From Bacteroidales bacterium (GTDB taxonomy: Bacteria; Bacteroidota; Bacteroidia; Bacteroidales; CAIWKO01): a stretch of DNA of 34,108 nucleotides. Each line of letters begins with the position of its first letter. Positions within the stretch are counted from its first letter, which is position 1. This document shows, in pieces, positions 28,825 to 34,108 of this stretch. The stretch spans positions 1-34,108 of the forward strand of contig DAOORA010000052.1 of the NCBI GenBank assembly GCA_035389045.1, given 5' to 3'. Both the position numbers and the translations under genes were made by a program. Under the pieces are notes generated by a model. It made no database searches. It worked only from the letters and a program-made list of their open reading frames with translations, and was not told the origin of the DNA.

Positions 28825-31800
28825 ATGAAAAAAATTTTATTATGCTCAGTATTGTTATTTGTTATTTCATTGGATACCGTTCCGGGGCAAAGCGATAGCC
28901 GTTCAGCTCAGCAACTAATGGTAAAACATTATAATCATGCAGCGGATCAATTTACCTCAGATGCTGTTGAACGAGCGACCACTAATAAAGAATGGCAGAA
29001 AGGAGGATTATTCGATAATTACAGTCCCTCCCAGGAAATAATTGAGAAACGTACCAGAGTAGCTAAACATTTTCGCAATGACGATGGGTCTTATGCTGCA
29101 ATAATCGGAGGATTATTGCACTACAAAGATGAAAACAATTTGTGGCAGGAAATAGATTACTCAATACGGAAAAACCAATCAGTTAATTATATTTCACATC
29201 CATTTTGTAATATAACACAGGATATAAAAACCTACTTTCCCGAAAAAGCTGAACATTCAGGTATTATCATGGAATTTGAGAATATGCAGCTTAACTTCTG
29301 GAAAAGTCCTCAAATGAAAATCAGCAATACAGACCAATCCTCGATTGTAAACATCACAGCTGGTGCATCGAAGGGTATAGTTTCCGGCAATGTCATTCAG
29401 TATAATGATTTTCCCGGCATCACCGATGAGTTTGTAATTAAAGAAGGCGGTTTAGAAAACAATATTATCATCAGTTCATTACAGGGAGCATTAATTTCAG
29501 CTGATGAAAACAGCTATGTATCTTTTGAACAGTTTATTCCTTTGAATGATGGTTATCAGGTATTTTATAATAATCAGGAAGCAAACATTGATTTTTCAGC
29601 GGAATCCTTTATGATTAAATCGCCCAATGGTTCACTTGGTTTTGTCTTGGCACCGGTCATAGTATTTGATAATGGCATTACAAAAGACCAGGCTTTTCAG
29701 CTGCTGTCAGCACCTGCTGAAAAAATGACGGATGAAGAAATGGCAACACTTAAAGCACACGTACTTAAAGGTAAATATAATATCCGTTTCGTACCCGGAG
29801 GTATAATGGTTTCAACTTTTCTGCCTCTTAAATGGTTTAAAGAGAGCAGCAGGCAGTTTCCTGTGGTTATTGACCCCGATATTATCATTGGTACCGGAAC
29901 CAGCAGTCAGATATATCCATGGAATGCTTACTGGGGGTATGGAAGAAGCGCTTCTCTCTATACAAGCGCTGAGATAGGTGTAACCGGAGTGACCATCACA
30001 GAAGCATACTGGTATGCATCAACCTCGTCAACAACCTATATACCCCTGAAACTTTATCTTAAGTCGACAACGGCAAACACTTTAACTGCCGACACATGGG
30101 CAAATGTGATCTCAGGAGCCACCACTGTAATTAATGGAACATACGGTTTCAGTTCTACCGGGTGGTTAGGTTTTGGCATGCCCAATTATTTGTTGAATTT
30201 TTCATGTGCAAATAATCTTATGGTTTTATGTGAGACAAATTACGGAGGAACAGGAGCAGCTTCATATCCATATTTCTATTATTCTGCTGCTACGGGCAGG
30301 CACGAATACTGGCAGCAGGATAATTCGGCACCCACGGGTAATGGCACAGTAAACGCAAACAGGCCAAATATACTATTGAGGTATGTGCCTTGCGCCGGCG
30401 CTACTACCAGAACACTTAATGCGAGTTTAAACGGAACGACAATATCAGCCTGCTGTAACCGGATGTTCGACAGTGGGGGACTTAGCGGAACTTACGGAAA
30501 CAGCGAAGATTATTATGTTACCTATCAGGCTCCTGCCGGTCAGCGTGTTCAGGTAGACCTGAATTACTGGTACCTGGAAGATGGATTTGATTATATTTAC
30601 TTTTATGACGGACCCGGTATTACAAGCACCCTGATTCACAAATATACGGGAGGCCCTTACATAAATGGCACACTCACATCTTCTTCTAATACCATGACTA
30701 TACGCTTCGCGTCTGATGGATCATATTACTATGATGGTTTTGATCTGTTTGTGTCATGTGTTCCTACGCCGGCTGCACCGTCAGCATGCAACGGAAATCC
30801 GCCGGCCAGCAACTTATGTTCGACTGCTACCCATATTTGTGATGTCGACGGATATTGCGGTTCTACAAGTTCTTATTATACCCCGGACTTACCGGGCAAT
30901 ATGCAGAATGCAGGCAATTATGTGGGTGAAAGTACATTATTTGTTGGCAGTATTGAAAATAACTCATGGCTTTCATTTACCGCTATGGCAACCTCAGCTT
31001 CACTAAATTTCAACGTATCGAACTGTACCCAGAGCCTCGGCATACAGATGGGAATTTATTCAGGAAGTAATTGCACTGGCTTTGCACTGTTGACAGATAC
31101 CGCAATGACCTCTGGTACCAGCCCGCTGGGATTGGGTAATCATGTGATTACAGCCAACGGACTTACTGTTGGGAACAATTATTATATCATGGTGGACGGT
31201 TTTGCCGGTGATGTATGCAATTACACAATAACTACATTGTCAGGTGTAATGAATGGCTCAATTTCAGGACCAGCATCCGTTTGTGCGGGAAGTACTTCAA
31301 CCTACACCATGAATGCAAATGCTACCGGATTCATATGGTCAGTACCAGCCGGTGCCACTGTACAATCCGGACAAAACACCAATACAATAACGGTCAATTG
31401 GGGATCAGCCACATCCGGGAACATCCATTGTCAGGCCACTGCCGGTGTTTGTAATGGTGCTGTATCAGACCTTTATGTAACTGTAAATACATTATCTGTC
31501 GCACCTTCAAGTGCAACCGTAAGCCCAGCATCAGCCTGTTCCGGGGCAGCCACCAGCATTACACTGACAGCATCAGGAGGAACCTCCGGTACAGGCGCTG
31601 CTGTTCAGTGGTACTCCGGTAATTGCGGTGGAACATTTATCGGATCAGGTAACCCGTTAACTGTAACCCAGTCTCTTACTTCTCCAACGACCTATTATGC
31701 ACGTTATTCGGGCATTTGTAATACAACAGGATGCACAGGTGTAACAGTAAATATAATACCAAACGCTGCAATAAGTTCAGTGAACGGAACTGCATCACTA

Positions 31801-34108
31801 TGTATCGGTGGTTCAGCGGCTTTCACTACCGGAGGGATTGTTTTGGGTGGTGGTATGGGTGCATGGGGCAGCAGCAATACTGCTGTTGCTACAGTTAATG
31901 CATCCGGAATGGTAACAGCCAACGGAGCTGGCACTTGTAATATTATTTATACGATAACAGGGGGCTGTGGCGGAACAAAATCAGCTCAGCAAACATTAAC
32001 TGTTACTCCAAATGCCGCAATAAGTTCTGTAAGCGGTACAACACCATTATGTATCGGTGGTACAGCAACTTTTACAACGAGTGGTGTCGTTCTCGGTGGT
32101 GGCACAGGGGCATGGAGCAGCACTACCACTGCTGTTGCCACAGTAAATTCTTCAGGTTTGGTAACCGCCACAGGATCGGGATCCTGCAATATAATTTACA
32201 CCATTACCGGTGGTTGTAATGGTACTAAAACAGCTCAACAGACACTAACTGTTATCCCGAATGCTGCAATAAGCACTGTAAGCGGTACTACCCCATTATG
32301 CATTGGCTCAACAAACACATTTTCAGCCGGAGGAGTTGTTCTTGGAAGTGGTACAGGCGCATGGAGCAGCAGCAATACGACAGTTGCCACGGTTAATGCA
32401 GCAGGAATGGTAACCGCCAACGGAGCTGGCACTTGTAATATTATTTATACGATAACAGGTGGCTGTGGCGGAACAAAAACAGCTCAGCAAACATTAACTG
32501 TTACTCCAAATGCAGCTATAAGCTCTGTAAGCGGAACAACCCCACTATGTATAGGGGGCACAGCATCTTACACAACCGGTGGTGTTGTTCTGGGCGGCGG
32601 CACAGGTTTATGGAGCAGCACCAACACTGCCATTGCAACAGTGAATTCTTCAGGCCAGGTAACTGCAATTGGTTCGGGATCATGCAATATTATTTATTCT
32701 ATAACTAGTGGCTGCAGTGGCACAAAAACAGCTCAGCAGACTCTAATTGTTACTCCAAATGCAACAATAAGTAGTGTAAACGGGACTTCGCCATTATGTA
32801 TTGGTGCAACATCAACCTACTCAGCCGGAGGCATTGTTCTGGGTGGAGGTACAGGCGCATGGAGCAGCAGCAGTACAAACGTTGCCACGGTTAATGCCGT
32901 AGGAATGGTATCCGCCACCGGAGCAGGCACTTGTAATATTGTTTACACAATAACAGGTGGCTGCAATGGCACCCAATCTGCATCATTGAATTTAGTGGTG
33001 GATGATCCTCCAACTATTATTTGCCCTTCAAATATCACGCAGAATTCCTCCGGAAACAATTGTATTGCCATTGTTAATTACAATGTAACAGCAACAGGAG
33101 ATCCGGCGCCAACAATGTCGTATTCATTTACTGGCGCTACCTCCGGCGCTGGCAACGGAACAGGAAGCGGTTCAGCGTTCAATACCGGAATAACAAACGT
33201 GACTGTCACGGCAACGTCTGTTTGCGGAACGGTTACCTGCTCATTTACTGTTACCATTATCGACAATGTATATCCATCGATCACCTGCCCGACCAATATC
33301 ACGGTGAATAACACCCTGGGATTATGTGGCGCCATAGTTAATTTCACGACACCAACAGGAACTGACAATTGCCCTGCTGTCATTACAACACAAACTGCCG
33401 GGTTGGCAAGCGGGGTTGTCTACCCCGTGGGTATAACCACAAATACGTTCACCGTAACTGATGCAGCAGGTAACTCCAGTACTTGTAGTTTTACTGTAAC
33501 CGTTAATGATAACCAGAACCCTGCAATTACATGTCCTACCAATATCACAGTGAATAATACACTGGGATTATGCAGCGCCCTGGTATACTTTACCCCTCCG
33601 GCCGGAACAGACAACTGTACGGGAGCCATAACGGTACAAACAGGTGGATTACCAAGCGGAGCCACATACCCTGTTGGAACAACAATTAATACGTTCAGAG
33701 TAACTGATGCCACCGGTAAGACAAGTACTTGCAGTTTTACTGTTACTGTTAATGATAATCAGATACCCGCCATAATTTGTCCTACAAATATCACTGTTTA
33801 TAATACTTCAGGATTGTGCAGTGCATTGGTTTATTTTACAGCTCCAACAGGAACCGATAACTGTCCTGGTCAGGTCACCACCCAAACAGCTGGTTTACCC
33901 AGCGGCTCAGCCTTTCCGGTGGGTGCAACGGTGAATACATTTCTTGTGACTGATGCTGCGGGTAACACCAACACCTGCAGTTTTACCGTCACCATCCATG
34001 ATAATGAAGCGCCATCCATCAGCTGTCCATCTGATATCACGGTTAATACCGCCACAGGATTATGCGGCGCACCGGTGAACTATACTATGCCGGCAGGCAC
34101 CGACAATT
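28825..34108 (+). CDS. Large secreted multidomain surface protein (CUB, PKD/Ig, Big_2-like and HYR repeats), 3' truncated
   Basis: ATG at 28825, MKKILLCSVLLFVISL signal peptide; frame read open to the window end (about 1761 codons), so missing from the ORF track. CUB-like FDSGG..GTYGNSED...LEDGFDYIYFYDG...TSSSNTMTIRFASDGS...GF at about 30450-30760. Confidence 0.88.
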   Translation, partial: MKKILLCSVLLFVISLDTVPGQSDSRSAQQLMVKHYNHAADQFTSDAVERATTNKEWQKGGLFDNYSPSQEIIEKRTRVAKHFRNDDGSYAAIIGGLLHYKDENNLWQEIDYSIRKNQSVNYISHPFCNITQDIKTYFPEKAEHSGIIMEFENMQLNFWKSPQMKISNTDQSSIVNITAGASKGIVSGNVIQYNDFPGITDEFVIKEGGLENNIIISSLQGALISADENSYVSFEQFIPLNDGYQVFYNNQEANIDFSAESFMIKSPNGSLGFVLAPVIVFDNGITKDQAFQLLSAPAEKMTDEEMATLKAHVLKGKYNIRFVPGGIMVSTFLPLKWFKESSRQFPVVIDPDIIIGTGTSSQIYPWNAYWGYGRSASLYTSAEIGVTGVTITEAYWYASTSSTTYIPLKLYLKSTTANTLTADTWANVISGATTVINGTYGFSSTGWLGFGMPNYLLNFSCANNLMVLCETNYGGTGAASYPYFYYSAATGRHEYWQQDNSAPTGNGTVNANRPNILLRYVPCAGATTRTLNASLNGTTISACCNRMFDSGGLSGTYGNSEDYYVTYQAPAGQRVQVDLNYWYLEDGFDYIYFYDGPGITSTLIHKYTGGPYINGTLTSSSNTMTIRFASDGSYYYDGFDLFVSCVPTPAAPSACNGNPPASNLCSTATHICDVDGYCGSTSSYYTPDLPGNMQNAGNYVGESTLFVGSIENNSWLSFTAMATSASLNFNVSNCTQSLGIQMGIYSGSNCTGFALLTDTAMTSGTSPLGLGNHVITANGLTVGNNYYIMVDGFAGDVCNYTITTLSGVMNGSISGPASVCAGSTSTYTMNANATGFIWSVPAGATVQSGQNTNTITVNWGSATSGNIHCQATAGVCNGAVSDLYVTVNTLSVAPSSATVSPASACSGAATSITLTASGGTSGTGAAVQWYSGNCGGTFIGSGNPLTVTQSLTSPTTYYARYSGICNTTGCTGVTVNIIPNAAISSVNGTASLCIGGSAAFTTGGIVLGGGMGAWGSSNTAVATVNASGMVTANGAGTCNIIYTITGGCGGTKSAQQTLTVTPNAAISSVSGTTPLCIGGTATFTTSGVVLGGGTGAWSSTTTAVATVNSSGLVTATGSGSCNIIYTITGGCNGTKTAQQTLTVIPNAAISTVSGTTPLCIGSTNTFSAGGVVLGSGTGAWSSSNTTVATVNAAGMVTANGAGTCNIIYTITGGCGGTKTAQQTLTVTPNAAISSVSGTTPLCIGGTASYTTGGVVLGGGTGLWSSTNTAIATVNSSGQVTAIGSGSCNIIYSITSGCSGTKTAQQTLIVTPNATISSVNGTSPLCIGATSTYSAGGIVLGGGTGAWSSSSTNVATVNAVGMVSATGAGTCNIVYTITGGCNGTQSASLNLVVDDPPTIICPSNITQNSSGNNCIAIVNYNVTATGDPAPTMSYSFTGATSGAGNGTGSGSAFNTGITNVTVTATSVCGTVTCSFTVTIIDNVYPSITCPTNITVNNTLGLCGAIVNFTTPTGTDNCPAVITTQTAGLASGVVYPVGITTNTFTVTDAAGNSSTCSFTVTVNDNQNPAITCPTNITVNNTLGLCSALVYFTPPAGTDNCTGAITVQTGGLPSGATYPVGTTINTFRVTDATGKTSTCSFTVTVNDNQIPAIICPTNITVYNTSGLCSALVYFTAPTGTDNCPGQVTTQTAGLPSGSAFPVGATVNTFLVTDAAGNTNTCSFTVTIHDNEAPSISCPSDITVNTATGLCGAPVNYTMPAGTDN
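31759..33003 (+). repeat. Five 249-bp Big_2-like Ig repeats
   Basis: PNAAISSV.GT.PLCIG.......GG.VLGGG.GAWSS.NT.VATVN..G.VTA.G.G.CNIIYTITGGC.GTK.AQQTLTV; starts at 31759, 32008, 32257, 32506 and 32755. Confidence 0.88.
33004..34108 (+). repeat. HYR-domain repeats (246 bp): one divergent, three complete and one partial copy
   Basis: DN..P.I.CP.NITV.NT.GLC.A.V.FT.P.GTDNC.....QT.GL.SG..YPVG.T.NTF.VTDAAGN.STCSFTVTV; starts at 33262, 33508, 33754 and 34000. Confidence 0.88.

Overview
AT-rich window from a Bacteroidota (probably Bacteroidales) genome, judged from T9SS C-terminal domains and TAnnTTTG -7 promoters. Left to right: (1) a tricistronic hipB/hipA-N-terminal(hipS-like)/HipA-family kinase toxin-antitoxin locus whose kinase has an in-frame TAA at codon 41, with four 18-bp operator-like palindromes, a duplicated ~77-bp promoter segment and a REP-like hairpin cluster upstream; (2) a five-gene minus-strand cluster: AAA+ ATPase, WYL regulator, small UVR-motif protein, Cas4-like PD-(D/E)xK/DUF2779 nuclease and small acidic protein, with the same TACGACA-N5-TGTCGTA palindrome in front of both the ATPase and WYL genes (best candidate for an undescribed system); (3) three T9SS cargo genes: a 3200-aa repeat adhesin, a 591-aa SprB-repeat protein and a CocE/NonD hydrolase; (4) an SOS mutagenesis cassette, with DnaQ-GIY-YIG and a LexA-like HTH-S24 repressor divergent from dinB-dnaE2 and two TACTA-N7-TAGYA boxes over back-to-back promoters; (5) a >1760-aa secreted multidomain protein starting at 28825 and running off the window, absent from the ORF track. 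All family assignments come from motif recognition by eye; no searches were run.
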